From assembly GCA_031424115.1 (NCBI GenBank), contig JANPGW010000172.1:2561-66560 (forward strand): DNA of 64,000 nucleotides. Direction: 5' to 3'. Source of the DNA: Saprospiraceae bacterium. Its GTDB lineage: Bacteria > Bacteroidota > Bacteroidia > Chitinophagales > Saprospiraceae. Below the pieces are notes generated by a model, which worked only from the letters and a program-made list of their open reading frames with translations, made no database searches and had not been told where the DNA came from. How positions within the stretch are numbered: position 1 is the stretch's first letter; every line of letters starts with the position of its first letter. The position numbers were made by a program, and so were the translations under genes. Shown piece by piece: positions 1-9,912 of the stretch.

Positions 1-1902
1 GCTCGCGGACAAAACGGTACTTACATCGGGACGGTTGATGTGACCCGCACCGGAGCTGCCTATATCGTTTGTGAAGGGTTGGAAAATGATGTGTACGTCA
101 ATATGAAGTCCCTTAATGGTGCTTTACACGGTGATAAAGTCAAAATTGCGGCTTATTTCTCTAATCGCCGCCGTCCCGATGGCGAAGTATTGGAAGTATT
201 GGAACGGGCAACCGACCATTTCATTGGCACTTTTATGAATCAACGCCGTTTTGCTATTGTCATGCCCGACCGTATGGGGATGCCGGAAATATTTATCGAA
301 GAAGCAGATACTAAAGGTGCTCAGCACGGCGAAAAAGTTACAGTTAGGGTAACTAAATGGCTGAGTCGCGCCAATAAAAAATTAACCGGCGTTGTCACAA
401 CCGTTTTGGGTAAACCGGGTACAAGCGATATTGAAATGAAATCCATCTTAATAAATGGTGGTTTCAACATAGAGTTTCCCGACGATGTGTTGGCTGAAAC
501 GGCGAAAATCAAAGATGATATTGCCGCCGAAGTCTCTAAACGCCGCGATTTCAGGGATATCAATACGTTCACGATTGACCCGCACGATGCCAAAGACTTT
601 GATGATGCGCTGTCATACCGCGTTTTAGAGAATGGTAACACAGAAGTCGGTGTTCATATCGCTGATGTGACGCATTATATTTTCCCCAATACAGCCCTCG
701 ACAAAGAAGCATTTCTTCGCTCGACTTCCGTGTATTTAGTTGACCGTGTCTGCCCGATGTTGCCTGAAAGGCTATCAAATGAACTGTGTTCATTGCGTCC
801 CAATGAGGACAAATTGACTTTTTCGGCAGTTTTTACTTTCAATGATAAACATGAAATTGTCGATAAGTGGTTCGGAAAAACCATCATTCACTCTAATCGG
901 CGGTATGCTTATGAAGAGGCTCAGGCAATATTGGAAGCCGGTGAAGGAGACTTCGCTGATGAACTCATGAAACTCAATCAGATTGCCCATCATTTGCGCA
1001 AAAAACGCTTCAAAAATGGGGCAATCAATTTTGAAGTAGATGAAATCAAATTCAGATTGGATGAACACGGCGTGCCGATCGAGGTTTATGTCAAAGAGCG
1101 CAAAGACGCCCACTTGCTTATTGAGGATTTTATGCTTTTAGCCAATAAAGAAGTGGCAACCTACATGGCAAAAAAAGACCCCTCAGTAGAGGTGCCTTAT
1201 ACCTATCGGATTCACGATTTGCCGAATATGGATAAGCTTGAAAATTTCGCTCTTTTCGCCCGCGAAATGGGGGTGAAAATGAACTTGGATACGCCTAAAA
1301 ATATCGCCAAATCTTTTGATGACTTGATTAAAAAAGCGGAAAAAGACGAGGCCTTGAAAATATTGATGCCGCTAGCCATCAGAACGATGGCAAAAGCAGA
1401 GTATTCGACTAACAATATTGGGCACTATGGTTTGGCTTTCGAGTATTATAGCCATTTCACATCGCCAATTAGACGGTATTCAGACGTATTAGCGCATCGG
1501 ATTTTATTCGAAAATTTGAATAAAACCAAACGTTTTGAAAAAGAAAAACTGGAAGAGCAATGCAAATACATCTCTAAGCAAGAACGCAAAGCAGCTGAAG
1601 CAGAGCGTGAAAGCATCAAATACAAGCAGGTTGAATACATGAAAAAACACGTCGGCGATGAATTTGACGGTATTGTTTCGGGTATGCTTGACCGTGGTAT
1701 TTTTGTGGAGATAAAAGGTATGCTGGCTGAAGGCATGGTCACGTTTGACCGGATGGCAGAATCATTTGAAGTAGAAAGCTCTCGCTTGCGCGCGAAAGGA
1801 CTGCGCTCAGGAAAGATTTATAAAATGGGCGATCCGGTAAGAGTCAGAATTTTGAACGCCGACTTGGAGAAAAAACAAATTGAGATGGGATTGGCTGAAT
1901 AA
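1..1902 (+). CDS. rnr: Ribonuclease R (3'-5' exoribonuclease), 5' end cut by window edge
   Basis: Frame 1 is open from base 1, and the track ORF 40..1902 starts at an internal GTG. RNB-domain motifs DPHDAKDFDDA and HIADVTHY are present, with a C-terminal S1 domain (GIVSGMLDRGIFVEI). Confidence 0.9.
   Translation, partial: ARGQNGTYIGTVDVTRTGAAYIVCEGLENDVYVNMKSLNGALHGDKVKIAAYFSNRRRPDGEVLEVLERATDHFIGTFMNQRRFAIVMPDRMGMPEIFIEEADTKGAQHGEKVTVRVTKWLSRANKKLTGVVTTVLGKPGTSDIEMKSILINGGFNIEFPDDVLAETAKIKDDIAAEVSKRRDFRDINTFTIDPHDAKDFDDALSYRVLENGNTEVGVHIADVTHYIFPNTALDKEAFLRSTSVYLVDRVCPMLPERLSNELCSLRPNEDKLTFSAVFTFNDKHEIVDKWFGKTIIHSNRRYAYEEAQAILEAGEGDFADELMKLNQIAHHLRKKRFKNGAINFEVDEIKFRLDEHGVPIEVYVKERKDAHLLIEDFMLLANKEVATYMAKKDPSVEVPYTYRIHDLPNMDKLENFALFAREMGVKMNLDTPKNIAKSFDDLIKKAEKDEALKILMPLAIRTMAKAEYSTNNIGHYGLAFEYYSHFTSPIRRYSDVLAHRILFENLNKTKRFEKEKLEEQCKYISKQERKAAEAERESIKYKQVEYMKKHVGDEFDGIVSGMLDRGIFVEIKGMLAEGMVTFDRMAESFEVESSRLRAKGLRSGKIYKMGDPVRVRILNADLEKKQIEMGLAE
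1179..1188 (-). repeat. 10-nt core TACTGAGGGG of the abundant word (11th base C instead of A)
   Basis: + strand reads CCCCTCAGTAg. It lies inside rnr, and the sense frame reads P-S-V. Confidence 0.9.
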
Positions 1903-1988
1903 TGCACATTGAAATAAATTTCCCCAAACCGTCTTTTTAAATCCGCTAAAAGGGGAAATAAATCTACAAAATAATTAATTTTTGTGAA

Positions 1989-2027
1989 GCCTGAGAATTG
2001 AACATTCTTAGGCTTTGTCTTTTTTTG
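1989..2027 (+). terminator. Rho-independent terminator after rnr
   Basis: GCCTGAGAAT-tgaac-ATTCTTAGGC stem (one G-U pair) followed by a T-rich run TTTGTCTTTTTTTG. Confidence 0.6.
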
Positions 2028-2108
2028 CAAATTGGCAATGTTTTTTCATAGAAAGTCATGATTTATGTTTATTTTGCAAAACTTTACATATCGCACAAGA
2101 ATTATTGA

Positions 2109-5100
2109 ATGAATAGACTGTTACCGATTATTATTTTGCTTTGGTGGGCGGACGTAGTACAAGCGCAAAAAAACTACTTTCAACAGGAAACCAACTTTAA
2201 CATCAACGTCACTCTCGACGATGAAAAGCATGTGCTATCGGGCAACGAAACTATCGAATACATCAACCATTCACCGGATAAACTTACCTATATTTATTTT
2301 CATTTATGGAACAACGCCTACAGTAATAAAAATTCGGCTTTTGCCCAACAAGAGTTAAGGAATGGTAATATGCGTTTTTATTTTGCCGAAAATGATGAAA
2401 TGGGCGCAATAACGGATTTGGATTTTAAAGTAGACGGTCAAAAATGTGAGGTGGAAATTGACAAAGATAATCCTGATATTGCCAAACTTATCCTCTCCCA
2501 GCCACTCCAATCCGGTGCTAAAATCACCATCACAACACCTTTTAAAGTCAAAATTCCTTATACTTTCTCACGGGGCGGGCATGTCGGGCAACAATACTTG
2601 ATGACGCAATGGTTTCCCAAACCGGCAGTATATGATGCTGAAAAATGGCACCCGATGCCATATCTGAATCAAGGTGAATTTTATTCGGAATTTGGACATT
2701 TTGATGTAACTATGACGCTCCCTGAAAATTATATCGTTGGTGCAACGGGTATATTGCAAACACATTCAGAAAAAGAGTTTATCGACAATAGAACTCAGCA
2801 AGAAATAGGCGATTCAGTGCCGCCGTCTTCAAAACAAATGAAAACCATTCGTTTTACGGCTGAAAACGTCCACGATTTTGCTTGGTTTGCGGATAAAGCG
2901 TTCAACGTCAGAAAAAGTGAAGTCATTTTAAAAAATGGTAAAAAGGTAGAAACGTATGCATATTTCCGCCACAAATATCTTCAACAATGGCAAAAAGCAC
3001 CGGAATACGTCAATCGTGCCGTCCAATATTATTCTGACTTGGTAGGTGATTATCCGCATCCGCACGCTTCGACTGTCATGGCAGACGGGGGATATGCGGG
3101 TGGCATGGAATATCCGATGATAACAGTTTTGGCAGGAAGATTTTCGGATAAAGATTTGGACGTAACATTGGCTCATGAAGTAGGGCATAATTGGTTTCAA
3201 GGCATTTTAGGCAGTAATGAACGCGACCACGCTTGGATGGACGAAGGCATCAACTCGTATTATGACCATCGCTATACCGCTCAATTTTATCCCCGTACTG
3301 AGGGGTCTAATCCCGAAACCTCAGGGGGATATGGATTACCTAAATTTATTTCCAAAAATACAGATTACACGTTAGAAGAGATTGCATTACAGTATCAGGA
3401 TTTTAACCATAAAAATCAACCGATAGCAACCACCTCCAATGCCTTGACGCAGACCAATTATTTCATGAATGCTTACGAAAAACCCGCAAGGCTTCTGAAA
3501 ATATTAGAAAATTATTACGGTCAAAAGCGTTTTGATGATATTATGCAAGCTTATTATAACGGTTGGAAATTCAAACATCCGCAACCGACTGATTTCAGAA
3601 AACACTGGGAAATTGCCACGGGAGATGATTTTTCATGGCTTTTTGATGGGTTAATGAAAGAAGTAAAAGCAGTAGATTATAAAATTTCAGATATTAAAGA
3701 TAATGGTACAGAATGGTTATTGACCATCAATAATCTAAGTGGTGTGACAGTGCCTTTTGATATCAGTTGCTTAAAAAAAGGTGCAGTAGTATCTAAAAAA
3801 TCTTATAAAGGCATTGACAAACAACAAGTTATACAAATCTCAAAAGGAGATTTTGACCTTATTGCTTTAGATAACAATCATCTGTTGCCCGACCTAAATC
3901 GCGCCAACAACTACGCCCGAACAAAGGGAAAGGGGTCAACAGCTTTGCCTTGGGAAATGACTTTTTTAGGAGGCATTGACAATTCAAAGAAAAACACTGT
4001 GTATTGGTCACCTGCGGTAGGAATCAATAAATATGACGGGGCATTGGTAGGATTACTTTTACATAATGGGTTTGTTCCACAAAAAAAATGGAGCTGGGCA
4101 ATCGCACCCTTTTATGGTGCTAATTCGAGAAATCTAACCGGCGTTGTAGATATTGATTATAGTTTTTTTAATAAAAATCATAAAATCACGTTGAGTGCGG
4201 GGGGAAAACGCTTTAGTTTTGCCAAGAAGCCCAATAAAAACTTTTTAACCTACACCCGTATATCTCCCTCCGTGACAATAGATTTTTGGAAAAGACCTTT
4301 AAGCCAATTCACCCAGAGTTTGTCTATTCGCCATTTATCTATCAATGAAGAAAATCTTTTACAAGACACCATTGAGAGAATTTCCATCAAAAATAGACTA
4401 TCCAACAGCAGCGAAATCAGCTATTCAGGCACTATTAAGAATGGTTTAACTCCTACAAGTTTTAGGTTATGCGTAGAAAATTATCGCTATCAGGTTTTTG
4501 AAAAGCGACAAAAATTCATTAAAACGACCTTCGAACTGTCTCAGGATTATATGTATCGGGAAAACAGAAAATTTTCCGCCCGATTGTTTATCGGCGGTTT
4601 TCCGGTCAATTCTGGGCGCAATTCCGGATTTGGTTTCACAAGAGGCTTTTTGGGCTTATCTGCTCGGGGTTTTGCAGACTACCGCTACGAAGATTATTAC
4701 TTTGGTAGAAATGAATCTAAGGGCTTTGCCTCACAACAAATCGCGTCCAATACTGAGGGGGGGCTAAAATTTACTTTACCGGAAGGGGAAGAGACCCGAA
4801 TCGGATACAGCAATAATTTTGTCGCTTCGCTGAATTTGAAAGCACAATTGCCTTTCAAATTTCCTTTAGATATTAAGCCCTATTTTGACATTGGCTTTTT
4901 CAGCGATACCCGCCCGGGTGGAGAGCGCACAACGTCTCAATGGCTTATGAGCGGTGGCTTGGCTTGGGAAGTGAACGATTACTTAGGGGTTTACGTTCCA
5001 CTTTATTTTTCCGGCAAAAAAGATGACCCCAACAGTTTTCAATCCATTATGACAAGGCGCGGTGGTTTTTTATCTCGCATCACTTTCAGTATCAATATGA

Positions 5101-5138
5101 AAAAGTTGGATTTGAGGCGATTGATTGAAAATTTATAA
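2109..5138 (+). CDS. Secreted M1-family (gluzincin) zinc metallopeptidase with long C-terminal extension
   Basis: N-terminal signal peptide. HEVGHNWF...WMDEG gives an HExxH-x18-E zinc site. Confidence 0.8.
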   Translation: MNRLLPIIILLWWADVVQAQKNYFQQETNFNINVTLDDEKHVLSGNETIEYINHSPDKLTYIYFHLWNNAYSNKNSAFAQQELRNGNMRFYFAENDEMGAITDLDFKVDGQKCEVEIDKDNPDIAKLILSQPLQSGAKITITTPFKVKIPYTFSRGGHVGQQYLMTQWFPKPAVYDAEKWHPMPYLNQGEFYSEFGHFDVTMTLPENYIVGATGILQTHSEKEFIDNRTQQEIGDSVPPSSKQMKTIRFTAENVHDFAWFADKAFNVRKSEVILKNGKKVETYAYFRHKYLQQWQKAPEYVNRAVQYYSDLVGDYPHPHASTVMADGGYAGGMEYPMITVLAGRFSDKDLDVTLAHEVGHNWFQGILGSNERDHAWMDEGINSYYDHRYTAQFYPRTEGSNPETSGGYGLPKFISKNTDYTLEEIALQYQDFNHKNQPIATTSNALTQTNYFMNAYEKPARLLKILENYYGQKRFDDIMQAYYNGWKFKHPQPTDFRKHWEIATGDDFSWLFDGLMKEVKAVDYKISDIKDNGTEWLLTINNLSGVTVPFDISCLKKGAVVSKKSYKGIDKQQVIQISKGDFDLIALDNNHLLPDLNRANNYARTKGKGSTALPWEMTFLGGIDNSKKNTVYWSPAVGINKYDGALVGLLLHNGFVPQKKWSWAIAPFYGANSRNLTGVVDIDYSFFNKNHKITLSAGGKRFSFAKKPNKNFLTYTRISPSVTIDFWKRPLSQFTQSLSIRHLSINEENLLQDTIERISIKNRLSNSSEISYSGTIKNGLTPTSFRLCVENYRYQVFEKRQKFIKTTFELSQDYMYRENRKFSARLFIGGFPVNSGRNSGFGFTRGFLGLSARGFADYRYEDYYFGRNESKGFASQQIASNTEGGLKFTLPEGEETRIGYSNNFVASLNLKAQLPFKFPLDIKPYFDIGFFSDTRPGGERTTSQWLMSGGLAWEVNDYLGVYVPLYFSGKKDDPNSFQSIMTRRGGFLSRITFSINMKKLDLRRLIENL
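3296..3305 (+). repeat. 10-nt core TACTGAGGGG (preceded by G)
   Basis: Inside the M1 peptidase gene. The sense frame reads T-E-G. Confidence 0.9.
4750..4760 (+). repeat. ATACTGAGGGG exact copy
   Basis: Inside the M1 peptidase gene. Reads N-T-E-G-G. The G-tract is extended to 7. Confidence 0.95.
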
Positions 5139-5199
5139 GAGCCCATGAGTGTAGGGTAATCAGTGCTTAGTATTCAGACCCAATTAACTTCCCAATACC

Positions 5200-8082
5200 C
5201 TATAACTTTTCTTTCACAAAATATCCTGTCAAAGATTTCTCTTCTTTGGCTAAACCTTCAGGCGTCCCTTGAAAAACCAGATGCCCTCCGTTTTTGCCAC
5301 CTTCGGGACCCAAATCAATCACCCAATCAGCTGACTTAATCACTTCCATGTTGTGCTCAACTACCAACACTGAATGCCCTTTTTCAACCAAAGCGTTCAA
5401 AGCATCTAAGAGTTTTTTAATGTCGTGAAAATGCAAACCGGTGGTGGGTTCATCAAAAATGAAAAAAATGTGATCTTTATTCCCTTCTTTCCCAAGGAAA
5501 GAGGCTAATTTAATCCTTTGTGCTTCGCCACCGGATAGGGTTGAACTCGACTGTCCCAACTGAACATAGCCTAACCCCACATCATTCAGCGGTTTTAATT
5601 TTTGAACAATGCCTTTGTCTTCCTTGAAAAAATCAAGGGCTTCTTCAACACTCATTTGCAAGACTTCAAAAATATTTTTACCCATGTAAGTCACATCTAA
5701 AGTTTCTGCTTTAAACCGTTTGCCATGACATTCTTCACATTCTAAACGCACATCTGCGAGGAATTGCATTTCCACAATTTGCTCGCCTTCCCCTTTACAA
5801 GTTTCACAACGCCCCCCCTCAGTATTGAAAGAAAAAATACCGGGTTTATAACCTCTGATTTTGGATAGTTGCTGTTTGGAAAACAAATCCCGAATTTCAT
5901 CATAGGCTTTGACATACGTCACGGGATTGGAACGCGACGATTTACCGATGGGTGACTGATTAATCATCTCGATACCCGATAGTCGCTTGATATCGCCTTC
6001 CAAGCCGTCAAAATGTCCCGGCACGGTGGAAGCTGTCGGGTCAATTTCACGCTGTAAGGCAGGATATAAAATCTGTTTCACCAAAGTCGTCTTGCCACTG
6101 CCCGACACACCGCTCACAACCGTCATCGTATTGAGTGGAATTTTGACCGAAACATTCTTCAAATTGTGTTGCCTTGCCCCTTTTACTTCAAGCCAATGAA
6201 CACCCTTACGGCGTACGGAGGGGGTCGGAATTTGAAGGCTTCCGTTCATGTAGCGTGTGGTAAGGCTTTGTTTGGCATCACTGAAAATCTTTTCATAAGC
6301 CCCGGCAAACACCACTTCGCCGCCGTGAATACCCGCTTCGGGACCCATATCAATCAAATAATCGGCATTTTTTATAATATCTTCCTCATGTTCCACTACC
6401 ACAACCGTGTTGCCCAAATCTCGCAAAGCCTTCAAAACAGTGACCAAACGCCCCGTATCGCGCGGATGTAAGCCCACACTCGGTTCATCCAAAATGTACA
6501 TCGAACTGGTCAAATTAGAGCCTAAAGTACGAGTCAAATTGATGCGTTGAGTCTCGCCACCACTCAATGTCGAACTGATACGGCTCAGCGTCAAATAGCC
6601 CAGACCGACATTTATCATAAAATGCAAACGGTTGGTGATTTCTAAAATCAATCTCTTGCCTACTTGCAAATCACTCTCTGATAAATGAATAGTATCGAAA
6701 AAAGCGGAAACTTCGTCAATCGGAATATCTACCAACTCCGTGATATTTTTACTGCTCATTTTTACATAAGTCGCTTCCTGCCGCAAACGACCGCCCTCAC
6801 AGGTGGGACAAGCCGTACGCCCGCGATAGCGCGCCAACATAACCCGGTTCTGAATTTTATACGTTTGCTCTTCGAGCATGGAGAAAAAACGATTGATACC
6901 CTCAAAATAGGCATTGCCATTCCAGAGCAGTTTGCGTTCATCTTTGGTCAAATCTTGATAAGCCCGATGAACGGGAAAATCAAATTTATGAGCTGCCCGT
7001 AAAAAAGCATCTTGCCATTCACTCGATTTCTCGCCTTTCCAACAGGCAACAGCACCCTCAAAAACCGAAAGTGTTTTATTCGGAATCACTTTATCCTCGT
7101 CAATACCCATCACTTTGCCGTATCCTTCGCAGGTTGGGCAAGCACCATAGGGATTGTTATAATTGAACAGTTGTGGAGACGGGTCTAAAAACACTACCCC
7201 GTCTAACTCAAATCTATTGTTAAAATGCCGCGTTTCACCGCCCATAATTTCCAATATGGCTTCCCCTTCCGATTCGTAAAAAGCAGTTTGAACGGAGTCC
7301 GCTATTCGTTTTATATTTTCAGAAGGCTCGTCGATATTATCAAAATCTTCTTTTTTCAACACAAAGCGATCAATCAAAATGCGCAAATCAGCCTCTTTGA
7401 ACTTATCCACGGTTTGCGTCAAATCCAAGTCCGCTTCAACACCTTTATCACTAAAAATATCTTCAATTTGTATTAATTGCCCCTCCTTCCAAAGGCGGGT
7501 ATAGCCTTTTTGCAATAATAGATTAAGTTCCGCTTCTAAAGTGCGATCATTGTATTTCGTCGGTAAAGGGATAAACAGGAGTACTTTATCTTCTTCTTTT
7601 TGTTGGATGATAAAATCCACTACATCAGAAACCTGATGTCTTTTAACCACATCTCCAGAAATAGGGGAAATGGTTTTACCAATTCTGGCGTATAAAAGTC
7701 TTAAAAAATCATACACTTCCGTCATGGAACCAACTGTCGAGCGGTTATTGCCCGTTGTTACTTTTTGCTCAATGGCGATAGCGGGGCAGATGCCTTTGAT
7801 ATAATCCACATCCGGTTTTTTCATCCGCATCAAAAATTGCCGCGCATAACTTGATAGACTCTCCACATATCGGCGTTGCCCTTCAGCAAAGAGCGTATCC
7901 ATAGTAATAGATGACTTACCACTGCCCGAAACACCCGTAACGACGACGAGTTGGTTTTTAGGTATAGTTAAATCAATATTTTTCAGATTGTTACTTCTCG
8001 CACCTTTGATGAAAATAACATTCTCGCCCTCTCTCGCTTGCCCATTTTGAGGTTTTTTTAAATCTTTTACAGCCATTAACAT
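5200..8082 (-). CDS. uvrA: Excinuclease ABC subunit A
   Basis: 960 aa with two ABC ATPase modules (GVSGSGKS twice, LSGGE twice) and CxxC zinc-finger pairs. Confidence 0.95.
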   Translation of the reverse strand: MLMAVKDLKKPQNGQAREGENVIFIKGARSNNLKNIDLTIPKNQLVVVTGVSGSGKSSITMDTLFAEGQRRYVESLSSYARQFLMRMKKPDVDYIKGICPAIAIEQKVTTGNNRSTVGSMTEVYDFLRLLYARIGKTISPISGDVVKRHQVSDVVDFIIQQKEEDKVLLFIPLPTKYNDRTLEAELNLLLQKGYTRLWKEGQLIQIEDIFSDKGVEADLDLTQTVDKFKEADLRILIDRFVLKKEDFDNIDEPSENIKRIADSVQTAFYESEGEAILEIMGGETRHFNNRFELDGVVFLDPSPQLFNYNNPYGACPTCEGYGKVMGIDEDKVIPNKTLSVFEGAVACWKGEKSSEWQDAFLRAAHKFDFPVHRAYQDLTKDERKLLWNGNAYFEGINRFFSMLEEQTYKIQNRVMLARYRGRTACPTCEGGRLRQEATYVKMSSKNITELVDIPIDEVSAFFDTIHLSESDLQVGKRLILEITNRLHFMINVGLGYLTLSRISSTLSGGETQRINLTRTLGSNLTSSMYILDEPSVGLHPRDTGRLVTVLKALRDLGNTVVVVEHEEDIIKNADYLIDMGPEAGIHGGEVVFAGAYEKIFSDAKQSLTTRYMNGSLQIPTPSVRRKGVHWLEVKGARQHNLKNVSVKIPLNTMTVVSGVSGSGKTTLVKQILYPALQREIDPTASTVPGHFDGLEGDIKRLSGIEMINQSPIGKSSRSNPVTYVKAYDEIRDLFSKQQLSKIRGYKPGIFSFNTEGGRCETCKGEGEQIVEMQFLADVRLECEECHGKRFKAETLDVTYMGKNIFEVLQMSVEEALDFFKEDKGIVQKLKPLNDVGLGYVQLGQSSSTLSGGEAQRIKLASFLGKEGNKDHIFFIFDEPTTGLHFHDIKKLLDALNALVEKGHSVLVVEHNMEVIKSADWVIDLGPEGGKNGGHLVFQGTPEGLAKEEKSLTGYFVKEKL
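5815..5825 (-). repeat. ATACTGAGGGG exact copy
   Basis: Inside uvrA. The sense frame reads N-T-E-G-G. G-tract 7. Confidence 0.95.
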
Positions 8083-8244
8083 GTCATTTTAATTCAAAAC
8101 AAATTTTAAGATACGAGGTTCTGACAAAACGCAAATATAGTGATATTCAGTGTTTTATAAAACGATTTGTTGAAAATAGTGTTAAAATGTTTTAATAAAT
8201 ACAACAATATTAAAATGTCTGGTACTTTGAAAATATCAGGCATT

Positions 8245-8273
8245 AAAAAAGCTATGAGTAAAACCCATAGCTT
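8245..8273 (-). terminator. Rho-independent terminator after the YqeY-ybeY pair
   Basis: On the minus strand, the AGCTATG / CATAGCT stem is followed by TTTTTT. Confidence 0.55.
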
Positions 8274-8365
8274 CTTCTTTAATAAATAAGAGTTTCGACG
8301 CTTTACATAGTTTTAATTTGTCGAGTAATAATGATAAATTTCTTTGTTTGCAATATAGTTTTAAA

Positions 8366-8797
8366 TCAAACTCCCAAATCCAACGCTCCCAAATACCCAT
8401 CCTCTTTTTCTCTCATCTCCGTCTCTTCCTCATCCGTTTCATCACTATATCCGCACAAATGCAAAACGCCGTGAATCATCACGCGATGTAGTTCAGCCTG
8501 AAAAGAGACACCCAAATCTTCAGCATTGTCTTTCACACGGTCTATACTGATAAAAATATCGCCTTCAATAGGGTCGTCGTTGTATGGAAAAGTAATGACA
8601 TCGGTCAAAGTATCATGTTCGAGGTATTCGACATTCATTTGGTGAAGATAATCATCGCTGCAAAAAATGTAGCTGATTGTACCGAGTTCATACCCTTCTG
8701 ACTCAATCGCTTTTTCAATCCATATACTGAGGGGCTCTTCATCGGCCAACTGAAAATCAATGTCTTCGACGTTGTATATTATTTTAATGTCTTCCAT
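8366..8797 (-). CDS. ybeY: rRNA maturation endoribonuclease YbeY
   Basis: 143 aa with the HRVMIHGVLHLCGY histidine triad. Confidence 0.9.
   Translation of the reverse strand: MEDIKIIYNVEDIDFQLADEEPLSIWIEKAIESEGYELGTISYIFCSDDYLHQMNVEYLEHDTLTDVITFPYNDDPIEGDIFISIDRVKDNAEDLGVSFQAELHRVMIHGVLHLCGYSDETDEEETEMREKEDGYLGALDLGV
8724..8734 (+). repeat. ATACTGAGGGG exact copy
   Basis: Inside ybeY (- strand). The gene sense reads P-L-S-I. Confidence 0.95.
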
Positions 8798-8802
8798 GAA
8801 AA

Positions 8803-9249
8803 TCAGCTCAATAATCTTTTCACAACCCCTGAAATAACCGCTCCTTCCGCTTGACCGGCGAGTTGTTTATTGGCTGCACCAATGACTTTACCCATTTCCT
8901 TCATGTTGGTTGCGCCCGTTTCAGCAATAATTTGTTTCACAACCGCTTCAATTTCCGCTTCGCCCAATTGTTTTGGCAAATAGCGTTCGATGACTTCAAT
9001 TTCTTCGCGTTCTGTCTGAGCCAGTTCTGCCCGATTATTTTGTTCAAATATAGTAAGAGACTCTTTGCGTTGTTTCACTAATTTTTGAAGAATTTTTATT
9101 TCGTCTTCATCTGTCACCTCAACGGCTGCACCACTTGTTTTATGTAAAAGAATGGCAGATTTGATAGCTCTTATTCCACGCAAGCCTTTTTCATCTTTGG
9201 CTTTCATTGCCTCTTTGAGGTCATTATTTATTTTAGCTTCTAAATTCAT
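8803..9249 (-). CDS. GatB/YqeY domain protein
   Basis: 148 aa with full-length resemblance to the YqeY family. It sits 5 nt upstream of ybeY on the same strand. Confidence 0.8.
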   Translation of the reverse strand: MNLEAKINNDLKEAMKAKDEKGLRGIRAIKSAILLHKTSGAAVEVTDEDEIKILQKLVKQRKESLTIFEQNNRAELAQTEREEIEVIERYLPKQLGEAEIEAVVKQIIAETGATNMKEMGKVIGAANKQLAGQAEGAVISGVVKRLLS

Positions 9250-9272
9250 TGTTTTATTTTTTAATCAAAATT

Positions 9273-9818
9273 TTATTTTTTCTTCTTCTTTTCGGTCTGT
9301 CCCTTTTCCGTTGCTAAATCTCTCTTCATCCCTTTGTCCACAATTTTTAAAGCAATATTGTTGATACCTGCCAATGACTCCACACGCATATATTGCTCAA
9401 GCGTAATGGTATGTAAACCGTTGGCATTAAAAAAAGCATTCGGTTGAATCGGAATTTCAAATACACATTCCGAGCCGCTGCAATTGCCAGCCCATTTGCC
9501 CGTATTATCTGCCAAATCAATATTAAGTTGCTGCTTAATACGTTCGCCCGAAGGGAATTTTGTGTAGATATTGGTATAAATATTTTGCATCGGATACTGA
9601 GGGGTATGCTTTATGGTCAAGACGATGTCATAAATCTCCATCGTATCGGCAATATTGAAAGCAAAATCTAAAGTGTCGGCATACGTCCATTGCCCGTTTT
9701 TAAGGTCGTATTTTTTCTCGAAAATAATCTTCTCTTTACCACACGAGACAAAAGCGATACTGAGTGGGAGGGCTAAAAGTATAAAAAAAAGGCGTTTTAT
9801 TAAATTCACGTTATTCAT
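9273..9818 (-). CDS. gldH: Gliding-motility lipoprotein GldH-like
   Basis: Signal peptide with lipobox (FVSCGK). Size and sequence pattern are typical of GldH. The call rests on recognition only. Confidence 0.55.
   Translation of the reverse strand: MNNVNLIKRLFFILLALPLSIAFVSCGKEKIIFEKKYDLKNGQWTYADTLDFAFNIADTMEIYDIVLTIKHTPQYPMQNIYTNIYTKFPSGERIKQQLNIDLADNTGKWAGNCSGSECVFEIPIQPNAFFNANGLHTITLEQYMRVESLAGINNIALKIVDKGMKRDLATEKGQTEKKKKK
9594..9604 (+). repeat. ATACTGAGGGG exact copy
   Basis: Inside the gldH-like gene (-). The gene sense reads P-Q-Y. It is followed by TAT, giving ATAC-N6-GTAT. Confidence 0.95.
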
Positions 9819-9912
9819 TTTAAAAAATCCAAGAATCGTTTAAAACGAATTCTTGGATTTTAATATTATCAATGAAAGAGATAGAAACAAAGTTAAGGTG
9901 TCTTTACCTCTT